60,764 nucleotides of DNA from positions 1 to 60,764 of the forward strand of contig NW_021833682.1 in the NCBI RefSeq assembly GCF_006345805.1, in the 5' to 3' direction. Below, piece after piece: positions 24,232 through 36,219 of this stretch (the stretch's first letter is position 1; each line of letters opens with the position of its first letter). The notes beneath the pieces were generated by a model, which had not been told where the DNA came from, made no database searches, and saw only the letters and a program-made list of their open reading frames with translations. Source of the stretch: Octopus sinensis. Taxonomy: Eukaryota. The translations under genes were made by a program, and so were the position numbers.

Positions 24232-24440
24232 TAGGAGCTGGCGGAAACGTTAGCATGCCGGATAAAATGCTAAGCAACATTTCGTCCGTCTTTTCATTCG
24301 AGTTCAAATCCCGCCGAGGTCGACGTTGGCTTTCATCCTTTCGGGGTCAATAAATTAAGTACCAGTCAAGTACTGGGGTCGATGTAATCAACTAGTCCCC
24401 TCCTCCCAAAATTCCAGGCCTTGCGCCTTTAGTAGAAAGG
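24232..24440 (+). mobile_element. SINE-B monomer, tail type 2, running into (TTA)n
   Basis: ggagctggcggaaacgttagc...gagttcaaatcc...ggggtcaataaattaagtacc...ccttgcgcctttagtagaaagg. Confidence 0.85.
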
Positions 24441-24492
<52 letters not shown>

Positions 24493-24537
24493 TATTATTA
24501 TTATTATTATTACTACTATTATTATTATTATTATTGT

Positions 24538-26068
24538 CATTTACTTTTAATCTGCATGTTTGATGCAATCACCTGCCGGGGCACACCCAGCGCCCTAGGG
24601 CAAGTGAAGGTTAAGAGTTGTTGAAATATAGCTGAAAGCTTGGGGAGGGGAAGTAGAGAAATATCTCCATGTAATGCAAACACAAACATTTACATTGATA
24701 GGGTTTTTCTAAGGATGTGGGCAGTACTTGTTAGCACAATCTTTTGGATTTCCTTGAGACATGGTTTTCCAGGGATATTGTCTAGGTGTTTCTGACATCC
24801 CTTTTTTACCATACCTAGGGCACCTACAATAACAGGAACAGTTTTTGTTTTAAGATTCCACATCCTCTGTATTTCGATTTCCAGTCCTTATATTTACTAA
24901 GTTTGTCAAATTCCTTGACAGATACATTTTTATCAGTGGGGACGCTTACTTCTATTAGTCTGCAGGTATTTTCTTCCCTGTCTTTAACAATTATGTCTGG
25001 TCGATTAGCCTTGATCGTTCTGTCAGTGTTGACTGGAAAATCCCAGAGGATGGTGACATCTTTACCTTCAACAACTGGCTGAGGATGGTGTTCATACCAG
25101 TTAGCAGGAGTGTCGGATTTGTAGTGTTTACATATCTTCCAATGTATATACTGTCCTACCCTATCGTGGCGATTTTTGTATTCGTTTGGTGTCAGCACAG
25201 GACATCCCGAAACGAGATGGTCTATCGTTTCGTCAAATGTGTCGCAGAATCTGCATTTAGGGTCAGTACCGTTTCGGAGAACGTTAGCCTGGTAATTTCT
25301 GGTAAACAAGCTTTGATCTTGTGCTGCCATTATGAAACCTTCAGTCTCTGCTTTCAATCCAGCGCTCTTCAGCCACTGATGGGTTGTTGCTTGGTCTACA
25401 TCAGCATTTTGGCTTCGGAGAATATATTGTCCATGCAGGGGCTTCTGGCTCCACCGCCTCTCAATTTGATTCTGCCCGTTCTTTTTTGCAGTCTGCTTGA
25501 TTCGCTTTGCTTGCTTGGTAGCAGTGGTTTCCGGCTCTTCATCTGATTCAAGGTTAATGTCTAGTTCCCTTTCGAACTTATAAGCTTCCTTGACAATAGA
25601 ATGTAGCTTTTTGCTGCTTTCGTGTTCGCACACAAGTCGCAGCATCCAATCCTTTGTACTAGATAGGTACCTGTTCATTCCTACAGTAGAGGTCTTATAG
25701 CACAGCTCTAATTGCATCATTCCTCTCCCCCCGCTGCTTCTAGGTAGGTACAAGCGGTCTACATCTGCCTTAGGGTGGTGCATGCTCTTGGATGTCAGTA
25801 ACTTTCTTGTCTTCCTGTCCAAGCGTTGGAGTTCCGTAAGGTTCCAGGTAATGATGTTAAGACTGTACTGGACTATTGGAAGTGCCAGGGTGTTAATGGC
25901 CTCAATGCAATTTTTGGAGTTGAGTTCAGTCTTCAGTACAAGCCTTATTCTCCTATAGTATTCCTTTCTTATTTTTTCCTTCATAGTAGCATGATGTATA
26001 CCATCTCCTTCGTTGATTCCTAGGTATTTGTAACTTTCCTGTGGGTCAAGTTCCTTGCTTTAGCACAC
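24538..26068 (-). mobile_element. R4/Dong-type LINE, 5'-truncated, young, inside (TAA)n
   Basis: 386-aa ORF 24824-25984 with RT thumb (DVDRLYLPRSSGGRG), CCHC (CRFC..ETIDHLVSGC), RHD and RLE (RPDIIV..LIEVSVP..K.KY). One 1-bp frameshift near the end. (TAA)n on both sides. Confidence 0.92.
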
Positions 26069-26105
<37 letters not shown>

Positions 26106-26107
<2 letters not shown>

Positions 26108-26899
26108 TATGTTTGACTTTTGCTTTATATTTGTACAAGTTGACTCCAAGTCTCACCCAGAGACCTCAAGAGACAACAGGGTTGGAAGTTCATGTTGTTG
26201 TTATGCCTAGTGTGCCATATATTTGGGGGGTGGGGATGTTGTACTAATGAATGTCTAAAAAAAAAAAGTTTTTTTTTTTTTTTTTTTTAAACCGAAAATT
26301 ATGGTTGTTTTAAACTTGAGGTTACATAGAGAGTATTTTGCGTAGGATATGAGCAGTTCCCATGAGCACTATCTTTTGAACTTCTGCCATTTTTGGGTTT
26401 CCTGGTATCTGAGTTAGGTAGCTATCAGCCCCTTTTGCTATCATTCCCAGGGCACCTATGACAACAGGTATTGTTTTAGTCTTCAGCTTCCACATTTTGC
26501 TGATTTCTATTTCAAGATCTTTATATTTGCTCAGTAGGTCCTGACAGATACGTTTATATCGATTGGGACAGTCATATCAATGAGGAGGCATGTTCTTTGT
26601 TTGAAGTCTTTCAATATGATGTCTGGCCTATTTGCATCTATCTTCCTGTCAGTTTGAATGGTGAAGTTCCAGAGGAGTGAGATGTGGTCATTTTCAAGCA
26701 CTGGGGGTGGTTTGTGTTCCCACCAGTTTTTTTCATGGGGCAAATCCAGGTTTTTACAGATTACCCAGTGAATATATTGTGCAGCTCTATCGTGCCTGTT
26801 GAGATACTCTGTAGGCGCTAGAAGACTGCACTTGGAGACCACATGGTCAATGGTTTCATTTTGTTGCTTGCATACACGACACGTTGGACTGCTTCTGAT
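26106..26899 (-). mobile_element. R4/Dong-type LINE 3' fragment (second subfamily) inside (TAA)n
   Basis: YLNRHDRAAQYIHW...RPDIILKD...CLLIDMTVP...SKYKDLEIEISKMW...VIGALGMI...GTAHILRK. Confidence 0.9.
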
Positions 26900-26928
26900 C
26901 TTTATTATTATTATTATTATTATTATTA

Positions 26929-26979
<51 letters not shown>

Positions 26980-26987
26980 CATTATTA

Positions 26988-27036
<49 letters not shown>

Positions 27037-27044
27037 CATTATTA

Positions 27045-27086
<42 letters not shown>

Positions 27087-27110
27087 TATTATTATTTTAT
27101 TATTATTGAG
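26900..27110. repeat. (TAA)n array
   Basis: Direct reading; other (TAA)n arrays at 24440-24537, 26069-26105, 27587-27670, 29470-29530 and 30007-30070. Confidence 0.95.
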
Positions 27111-27585
27111 TGAGAGAGCAGTTCATGCCATCAAAGTGACACTGGGGTAAAATATACGAAGCCCGATACACCAATCATAACTAGCCGTCTGATAACGGTA
27201 CACCAGGCACATGCATCACAATCATGTGTACAACATGGTGACCTTATATCAAGATAAACAGTGCATGACCTTGCAGGTGGGGCCCAGTTAGAATTTTCTT
27301 CAGGTTGAGTAGCCCATCCCGCTCAAACGGTCCCTGAATAAGGGTTGTTTAAGGATGTTGAAAGAACCACCCATGTTTCCAGAGGTGAACTATTCAAACC
27401 CCAAAGAATCCCTCTCAACACATGGCTATGATGCTCCCCCACTACTTCTGCTCGTGATCAGAGATGCACATATCGTCAGCCACTAAGGGACATGCTCAAC
27501 TGGTTAAGGTCAAACAACTGACAAGCAAATCTGTGGTATTGAGCAGAATATTTGCTGTAGCCCATCTTTTATACCAAGAAGCCCA

Positions 27586-27586
<1 letters not shown>
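27111..27586 (-). mobile_element. Non-coding interspersed element embedded in (TAA)n, class unknown
   Basis: Complex ~475-bp sequence bounded by (TAA)n on both sides; no protein motif found. Confidence 0.45.
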
Positions 27587-27645
<59 letters not shown>

Positions 27646-27667
27646 GTTATTATTATTATTATTATTA

Positions 27668-28238
27668 TTAAGGTGACAAGCTGGCAGAATCGTTAGCACG
27701 CCGGGCGAAATGCTTAACAGCATTTTGTGTCTTCACGCTGTGAGTTCAAATTCCGCCCAGATGGAATTCATCGTAAAAATTGCCGCTAAACATTTTTTTC
27801 CCCGGCAGGCTAGCGATTCAGTCACTTGTTTAGCGGTCGACTTAGCTTTTCATCATTTCTGGATCGATAAAATAAGTATCAGCTAAATACTGAGGTCAAT
27901 GTAATGAACTGGACCCCTCTCCCTAAAATGTCAGGCCTTGTACCAATAGTAGAAAGGAATGAAGGTGGCCTAGTGACTGAATCGCAAGGCCTGACATTTT
28001 AGGGGGAGGGGTCCAGTTCATTACATTGACCTCAGTATTTAGCTGATACTTATTTTATCGATCCAGAAATGATGAAAAGCTAAGTCGACCGCTAAACAAG
28101 TGACTGAATCGCTAGCCTGCCGGGGAAAAAAATGTTTAGCGGCAATTTTTACGATGAATTCCATCTGGGCGGAATTTGAACTCACAGCGTGAACACACAA
28201 AATGCTGTTAAGCATTTCGCCCGGCGTGCTAACGATTC
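27668..28238. repeat. SINE-B copy plus its near-perfect inverted duplication (27687-27940 / 27985-28238)
   Basis: Arms read identical except about 2 substitutions, including a private ~75-bp insert. Confidence 0.9.
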
Positions 28239-28272
28239 GCTAATGTTGATAAAATTTTTTTAAATGACATAT

Positions 28273-28450
28273 ACGAGGTTTGATCAATAAGTATCCGGAC
28301 TGTTGCTATAGTAACGAGGCTAAAGCACACAGAGTAAAGCCGCTTGGCACAGATTGACCTTGAACTCTGCCATGCATGCGCACAAAGTTTTAACGTTCTA
28401 GCTCACTTCCGCTGTTTGCCGCAGTGCTTGGAAGGAACGTGTGTCGCATT
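28273..28450 (+). mobile_element. Mariner-like transposon left-end fragment
   Basis: ta-cgaggtttgatcaataagtatccggac resembles TACGAGG...CAAAAAGT-type mariner TIRs; no partner TIR found. Confidence 0.45.
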
Positions 28451-29467
28451 GACCAGGACAGAGAAAGCTGACAGATGAAATACGGGAAGCAGAACGTAAC
28501 TCGTAAAACCAAGCAACGTGGCCCAACAATCTGTGTTGGTGCTTCCCATAACAAAACAAACTAATGCACGACAAGAAGAGTTTATCTACGAACTCACCGA
28601 CAAAACAAAACACGCAAACCTTTACAGCTTACAAACTCCTGCACAATAAAAGAATATCACCACTTTAGACATGGCAGGTGCGGTTGTGGACTCATTGGAC
28701 TCGAGGGGGTTTGGTGCTGAAAATATCCGAGCTGGAGGACAAAGTTTCGGGTCCTCCCTGTCCTGCTCTTTAGTTGTAAGATTTCGAAATTGTTCAGGGT
28801 CTTCGGGATTCATCTGAGCTCCTTTGGTGCCAAGACACATCGCAGGATTATGGATTACCGTTGGTTTTCGTATCCAACCAACAACCCTACTCAGAAACTT
28901 GGATGCGTCCAGTTACTTGTATGAACTTGGATGTGCCCTGTTACTTCTACACGCAGAAGATAACCCTGGATTTTCTCACCCGCCTACCTACCTACCTACC
29001 TACCTACCTACCTACCTACCAATCGTTCTGTTAGATATAATTTATAATAATAATTAGTCAGATCAAACTATTGAAATTACCGGATGCGCTGACAAAGTCT
29101 TACTGTGGTGTAGAAAAATATAAAGAATGGTTGCCTTACTAAAACGGATTGATTCTAAGAAGGTTGTCTTCACCAAAATTCTAATCACCTAAATTGAAAG
29201 AATTCCACCACAAAAGACCAAATCATGGATTATTGTTTCACGTTGAATTCCTGGCCAAAAGTGAGTCCAGTCTAATTTACGGATGGAACTCTGTCTAAAC
29301 ACTGACCACTGCGTATTACGATTGTTGTAGCCTAAAGCCAAATCTAACACCAAATGGTTTAATTATAACTAATCTAAGGGGAGGAGTCGGAATAATTAAC
29401 TCACTCCGTCACTGTTAAACAACTAATTTTCTCTCATTAGAAACCCAATGAACTGCTTTCTTATTCG

Positions 29468-29530
<63 letters not shown>

Positions 29531-29533
<3 letters not shown>

Positions 29534-30006
29534 TAGTATATTTTTTATAGCGTGCTTCCACTTCACTACCGAGCGCAGCTCTGTGTGCCTTGGGTATGTG
29601 CTGTGATTTGTTGTGATGCTCTGATGGTTATTATATGGAAAGTGTTCTGCGTAGGATGTGTGCAGTGCCCAGTAGTGCAATTTTCTGTATGTTATATGTG
29701 TTTGTAAGTCCTGGTGTTTTTGTTATGTATTTGTCTGAATATTTTTTTATCATGCCTAATGCACCTACTATGATAGGAATTGTTTCTGTTTTCAGGTTCC
29801 ACATTCTAGTTACCTCTATTTCCAGGTCTTTGTATTTTGAGAGTTTCTCCATTTCTTTTAGAGACACGTTGTCATCTGCCGGTATTGATACATCAATTAG
29901 AAAGCATTTTTTTTCTTCATGATCTCTGACAACTATATCTGGTCTGTTGGCCTTAATTTCTCTATCTGTGTGTATCGGCATATCCCAGAGTATGGTTGCT
30001 TTCTCG
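29531..30006 (-). mobile_element. R4/Dong-type LINE 3' fragment (third subfamily) inside (TAA)n
   Basis: ILWDMPIHTDREIKANRPDIVVRD...CFLIDVSIP...LSKYKDLEIE...IVGALGMI...GTAHILRRTLSI. Confidence 0.9.
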
Positions 30007-30055
<49 letters not shown>

Positions 30056-30244
30056 TATTATTATATTATTGCTGTTTTGCTTCGCGGATCGCTCGGTCTT
30101 GTTTGCTTTGGTTGATTCCGTGAGGGTGGGCAGCAGCCTATTGATGGGGACACGAGCTCTTCTTGGTATTGTAGTGCATTAGTCTGTTTTGTTAAGGGGT
30201 TGTTAAGGGGTTGCAGTCATTTCTTGTATTAATGTTTGTATTTT

Positions 30245-30284
<40 letters not shown>

Positions 30285-30504
30285 GCGAGTTGTGTGCTTC
30301 TGTTGGGTATCCGCCCTGTAGAGTACCTGTTGTGGGGGTTGTTTATTTCGTTGGGTATTTACTGTATAAAGTGTGTTTTGTGTGTGTAGATTATTTTCAG
30401 TTGTGCAGGATTATGGGTTACCGTTGGTTTTCGTATCCAACCAACAACCCTACTCAGAAACTTGGATGCGCCCTGTTACTTCTACATGCAGAAGATAACC
30501 CTGT

Positions 30505-30999
30505 GCTATTGAATTGTCTTTCTGTACCTAACAGGCTTATTTTTTTAGATAGTGTATATAGTGTTAAGGGTCCAAGTATAGCTTCTACGGTTTTGTTCAT
30601 GTGTGTTGTTTTTCTATTATTATACCCAGTGTTCCAATTATTACAAGTGTTGTTTTCTCCTTCATGCCCCACATCTTGTAAACTTCAATGTCGAGGTTTC
30701 TTTACTTTGACAATTTCTCCGTTCTTTTCGGTCAATATTTTGGTCGGAAGGGACTGCAATGTTTATCAGTAAGCAGGTGTTTTTTTGTTTGTTTGTTGTG
30801 TTTTTTTTTGTTCCAATCCTTGATTATTATGTCTGGGAATTTTAGCTTTGATTTCTTTGTCGGTTTGAAGACATGTCCCAGATGATTGCGACCCGGTCGT
30901 TGTCATGTACCTTGCTTGCACATGCTCATCCATTTTTGTTAGTCTTTATGCTATTGTGTTGGTATATTGCCAATGAATATAACTACATACTTGGTCATG

Positions 31000-31037
<38 letters not shown>

Positions 31038-31315
31038 TATATATATATATTCAGATTTGACTGGAGTGGACAACCAGAGATGATGTGTTCAACTGTCTCA
31101 TTGTGCTGGCTGCATATTCTGCATTTGGTGTTAGCGTCTGTTTTTTTCAATATTTTGCTATTATAGTTCTTTGTGATCAGGCATCGATCTTGTTCAGCGA
31201 GAATCAGCACTTCCGTTTCTGCTACCGAATAATGAACATCATGGATGTGCATCAACGAGCTCCCTGCGAGAACAGATTAAACCTGAGATCATCGCCAAAC
31301 AGGATTTAAGAAACT
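30505..31315 (-). mobile_element. Older degenerate R4/Dong-type LINE fragment with (TA)n insert
   Basis: CRICSQHNETVEHIISGCP; PDIIIKD; EKLSK..LDIEVYKMWGMK..VIIGTLG. Confidence 0.75.
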
Positions 31316-31447
31316 GAAAAGAAAAAAATACTCAAAAAGGAATCAAGAAAATATTATTTCAGGAAACCAAATGGTCTCTCTCTCTCTCTCTCTCTCTCTC
31401 ACATAAAGCGTAATTACTGTCAAACACGTTATCACAGCAAACCATGT

Positions 31448-31832
31448 GGAAGCACTCCGTCGGTTACGACGACGAGGGTTCCGGTTGATCCGAATCAACG
31501 GAACAGCCTGCTCGTGAAATTAACGTGTAAGTGGCTGAGCACTCCACAGACACATGCACCCTTAACGTAGTTCTCAGGGATATTCAGCGTGACACAGAGG
31601 GTGACAAGGCCGGCCCCTTGAAATACAGGTACAACAGAAACAGGAAGTAAGAGTGAGAGAAAGTTGTGGTGAAAGAGTACAGCAGGGATCACCACCATCC
31701 CCTGCCGGAGCATCATGGAGCTTTAGGTGTTTTCGCTCAATAAACACTCACAACGCCCGGTCTGGTAATCGAAACCGCGATCCTACGACCGCGAGTCCGC
31801 TGCCCTAACCACTGGGCCATTGCACCTCCACA
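31448..31832 (-). mobile_element. SINE-C (tRNA-derived head) with 17-bp TSD
   Basis: Head ggaggtgcaatggcccagtggttagggcagcgg...ggtttcgatt. TSD atcacagcaaaccatgt at 31431-31447 and 31833-31849. Confidence 0.9.
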
Positions 31833-32356
31833 ATCACAGCAAACCATGTAGAGCAAACCATGTCTCAATACAAAGCTGTGAGTAGGGAAATTAATGAAGT
31901 TAATCAGATTAATCTCATGAGCGTTCCTCTTTCTACACATATAAACTCTACTGTTTCTTGCTTATAAACAAACGTAATGTTTATACAATTCACACGCGAA
32001 CACGTCCAAACTTCTTCCATACTTGATCAAAACAAACATCGACTCACAGTATTTAAACAACTTCAAAATAAATAAATAAAAATGTTACAGGTTAATGTTT
32101 ATAATGTTACCCGGAAACGAAATGAAAAAAAAAATAGTGCAACGGGTGTAAAATAAAATGTGTAGGAAACGAATATGAAAAAAAAATGCTCAAAAAGCAA
32201 CGGGGGTGGGGAGAGGACTTCGGAATATTCACAAGATCCGAGTTTTCCCCTCATAACTTTTAGGAAAATGGGGTTTTTTTTGGCGTAACTTCGGTATAAG
32301 TACCGGAAGTACCGGATACATTTCAAGAAAGTGTTTTTTTTTTATATATATGGGGG

Positions 32357-32400
32357 GTTAGGGTTAGGGTTAGGGTTTGTGTTAGGGTTAGGGTTAGGGG
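32357..32400 (+). repeat. (TTAGGG)n-like tract
   Basis: ggggttagggttagggttagggtttgtgttagggttagggttagggg. Confidence 0.85.
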
Positions 32401-33242
32401 TGGGAGAAAAGGGTTTCTTTTATCTTCAGAAATGTAAACAAAGTCACGTGTGTACCTATACCGAAGGATCGCCATCTTTTCCGATGGGTGGGGAGAGGAC
32501 TTCAGAAAATTCACAAGATCCGATGTTTTCCCTTATAACTGTTAGGGAAATGAATTTATTGAAAAATATTTTTTTTTTTCGATGAATGAATTACTATGAC
32601 CTAACATACCACAATCTGCAATCTGGGATTAAAATGTCCAGTGATTTTTAAGAGGTATATAAAAGATATTTTGTTTTGATATTATACTTCCACTTGTTTC
32701 ACACACACACACACACACACTATCACTAACGTGGTTTTTATAGGAATTTTGTATCATTCTTTCTCTCTCAGACATCTCCCAGACATCGTTGCCACTAATT
32801 TTTCTAACTTCAGCATTTTCACTAATTATTCTTTTCAAACTTGTTTAAATTTTCAATCTAATGTAATCCACACTCTAGAAAACGTATTTCTGCAAAATAT
32901 TATCTTAAAATATGGATAAAGAAAGGGGGCTAATGCGGTTTCGCACCCCACCTTTAAAAATGCATTTTTTAAAAAAACAATTCTTCGGAATTCCTAGTTA
33001 TGTTAAAAGGGCACTTGTAAAAATTTAACGAGATTTTAAAGAAAGAAACAGCCCCCGTTTTCTAAACAAAAAAGTGTTTTGTGACATATTAGGTCACCGT
33101 AATTCATTCATCGAAAAAAGGAAAAACAACATTTTCCAATAATTCCGGTTTTCTCCGCCTTTTTTTTTCCGAACAAAAATAAGGGGTTTGCGGCATATTA
33201 GGCATCCGTAATGTATGTCTCTTGAAAGGTATTTATATACAA

Positions 33243-33550
33243 CTAGCAGTATCGCCCGGCGTTGCTCGGGTTTGTAAGGGAAATAACTATATAAGCATTT
33301 TTAGAGAGTTACTTCCCTTATATAATAGCAAAAAAATGCATTAAAAATGGGAAAAAATGATGGTAAATTATTTTTAAAATCGTAGACTCATCGTAAACGC
33401 GCGCTAATACCCAGAAGGGCTCGATATGAACCACGACTATAAGATACCCGGTTTTGGTTAAACTGCACCGCAAAATGTGGGAGTAGTTAGGAATCTAAAT
33501 CGTAGGAGACAGACACTCACACACACAACTTTAGTTTTATATATAAAGAT
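33243..33550 (+). mobile_element. Helentron-associated (HINE/DINE-1-like) non-autonomous element
   Basis: 5' ctagcagtatcgcccggcgttgctcggg hairpin; 3' cagacac..ttttatatataaagat followed by TT. Shares its 5' 120 bp with 53368. Confidence 0.7.
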
Positions 33551-33879
33551 TTCATTAAAAGATATCCATTTTCCTCAAAGTCACGAGAGAAAAAATCGGA
33601 TCTTGTGAATTTTCCGAAAGTCCTCTTCCGATCCCCTCGGAAAAGATTTCCCCCTCAATTTCTTTATAACCGTTTGAAAGGTGCCGTTTGTGCCGTTTGA
33701 AAGGTAAATTTCACTTTTAAAAACCCATTTTCTTAAAAATAATGAGGGAAAAACCTCAGATCTTGTGAATTTTTCGAAATCCCCTCCCCACTCCACCCCG
33801 TTGCTTTGCGTGCATTTTTGTTTTTATATTTGTTTCTTACACATTTTTTATTCCCGTTGCACTAATCGGACGGCGTCGT

Positions 33880-33970
33880 CGGATGCTGGACCGACGGACC
33901 AGTTAAACTGCTCGGGGTCTGGTTTGGTCCCGACTTCCAGGTTGATAACAACTGTGACGAGGTAGCAGTG
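33880..33970 (+). mobile_element. Tx1-clade LINE internal fragment
   Basis: GCWTDGPVKLLGVWFGPDFQVDNN aligns with RWTEGPVKLLGIWFGPDLQVEKN at about 46200-46270. Confidence 0.75.
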
Positions 33971-34222
33971 CTACCGGGGTGCTAAGGGATGAACCTATCT
34001 TTTATAATAATAATTAGTCAAATCAAACTATTGAAACCCCAGAGGAGTTTTGCCTTCCCTTTTTCGTCCATTACCTTTTCCGGTGTATGTTGGTACCAAG
34101 CACCCGTAACTTCATATCCACACTGAACCCGGAACCATGTGGTTGAGAAGGAAGCTTCTTAGCACTATACACCCACTCCCACGCCCAGAGAATTTCTTGT
34201 TGGCTTCCGTCAGTTTTTGCAC

Positions 34223-34615
34223 TTCTTTAAAGCGGCGAACTGGCAGAACCGTTAGCACGCCGGGCGAAATGCTAAGCGGTATTTCGTCTGCCGCTACGTT
34301 CTGAGTTCAAATTCCGCCGAGGTCGACTTTGCTTTTCATTCTTTCGGGGTCGATTAAATGAGTACCAGTTACGCACTGGGGTCGATATAATCGACTTAAT
34401 CCGTTTTGTCTGTCCTTGTTTGTCCTCTCTGTGTTTAGCCCCTTGTGGGTAGTAAAGAAATAGGTATTTCGTCCGTCTTTACATTCTGAGTTCAAATTCC
34501 GCCGAGGTCGACTTCAGGGTCGATAAATTAAGTACCATTTGCGTACTGAGGTCGGTCTAATCGACTAGCCCCCTCCCCTAAAATTTCGGGCTCGTGCCTA
34601 GATTAGAAAAGAATT
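34223..34615 (+). mobile_element. SINE-B heterodimer (tail 1 monomer fused to a truncated tail 2 monomer)
   Basis: Same junction gtagtaaagaaata|ggtatttcgtc as 41308-41708. Confidence 0.85.
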
Positions 34616-35087
34616 TTCTTAATCGTTTCTTTTCTCTCTCTCCCTCTCTCTTAATTTATTTTGTCTTTCTTCCAATGTGTGTCCGCGTGTGTATGTTTGA
34701 GACAGTGTCTGTGTGTGTGTGTGTGTGTGTCTGGGACTCACGTAATGCACGCCATCCCCCTCCCCTACATATGTACCCCTGTATTAAAGTTGTGAGCCAA
34801 CAACAACAACAACCTTGCTTCGAGCGAGGTGGATGGAATATCAGAAAGTTATGTATCTGATAAATATTCCCATGATAAGGAACCACATACAGTTGCCTCT
34901 AGACATCATAATCAACCTCAGCACCGACTAATGAACCAGATTTTCCTACGGATTAATTACACTTCGCTAATCAGTTAATTTTGCGACTTACAAAAACGCT
35001 TTCACTCTTCCCTAAAGTGCATTCGCTATTTTTATTTATATTCTTTTATATTATTGTTTGTACAATTTTTGGTTTATTTACGAAAGT

Positions 35088-35474
35088 CGGAAGCACTCCG
35101 TCGGTTACGACGATGAGGGTTCCGGTTGATCCAAATCAACGGAACAGCCTGCTCGTGAAATTAACGTGTAGGTGGCTGAGCACTCCACAGACACATGTAC
35201 CCTTAACGTAGTTCTCGGGGATATTCAGCGTGACACAGAGAGTGACAAGGCCGGCCCTTTGAAATACAGGTACAACAGAAACAGGAAGTAAGAGTGAGAG
35301 AAAGTTGTGGTGAAAGAGTACAGCAGGGATCACCACCTTCCCATGCCGGAGCCTCGTGGAGCTTTAGGTGTTTTCGCTCAATAAACACTCACAACGCCCG
35401 GTCTGGGAATCGAAACCGCGATCCTATGACCGCGAGTCCGCTGCCCTAACCACTGGGCCATTGCGCCTCCACTC
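35088..35474 (-). mobile_element. SINE-C with 12-bp TSD
   Basis: TSD atttacgaaagt at 35076-35087 and 35475-35486; highly similar to 31448-31832. Confidence 0.9.
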
Positions 35475-35617
35475 ATTTACGAAAGTAACCGAAGGCAATC
35501 GTGAGACTAAAAAACCAACGAACGCTGAGACGCCGCCATTGGTTTGGTTGGAACTGAAGTGAAATACCAGAGTTTAGAGACTCTGTTTGATATAAGTGGT
35601 GGAAGAAAATTAAAAGT

Positions 35618-35768
35618 AGGGGTCGCTGTGTGGTAAGGAGCTTACTTCCCAACCACATAGTTCCGGGTTCAATCCCACTACCTTGGCCAAATGTCTTCTA
35701 CTATAGCCTCCGGCCGGACAAAGCCTTGTGGGTGGATTTGGTTGACGGAAACTGAAAGAAGCCCATCG

Positions 35769-35772
<4 letters not shown>
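35618..35772 (+). mobile_element. SINE-A 5' half
   Basis: Head followed by (TA)n; the second half is absent. Confidence 0.8.
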
Positions 35773-35801
<29 letters not shown>

Positions 35802-35812
<11 letters not shown>

Positions 35813-36048
35813 GAGGGCATTATACATCCATGCTAGATGGCATTATACATACATGCCACACGCTAAGAGGGACATTTAGTCATTTCTACCAAAAATATTA
35901 CTAATCCCACCGAATGCAATTTTTGAAAAATTGCATTCGGTGGGATTAGTAATATTTTTGGTAGAAATGACTAAATGTCCCTCTTAGCGTGTGGCATGTA
36001 TGTATAATGCCATCTACCATGGATGTATAATGCCCTCTATATATAAAT
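35802..36048. repeat. 247-bp palindrome, 1-nt spacer at 35925, one mismatch
   Basis: Symmetric positions sum to 71850; flanked by (TA)n. Confidence 0.92.
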
Positions 36049-36219
36049 TAATATGTTCAATAAGAAATAATTATTTTCGAAATTTTTTCTCTTATGAGGT
36101 TTTCACGCTATCTACCTGACAATTTCTTGTTAAGTTTTCCTTATTTGTTAAGTAGTTGTCCTTAATTGCTATATATATATATATATATTATATATATAGT
36201 GTCAATTTACAAAAAAAAA

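Larger units (their letters stand above)
32130..33870. mobile_element. Non-autonomous DNA transposon with long imperfect TIRs
   Basis: About 32135-32280 matches the reverse complement of 33715-33865. The ggagaggacttc.gaa.attcacaagatccga motif is repeated at both ends. Confidence 0.65.

Noticed and set aside
26799-27113. Poly-Leu/Ile ORFs resembling signal or membrane peptides
   Set aside because: (TAA)n array.
31775-31832. tRNA-like sequences at SINE heads (also 11027, 35420)
   Set aside because: A/B boxes are present but there is no complete cloverleaf, and they are fused to SINE bodies with TSDs.
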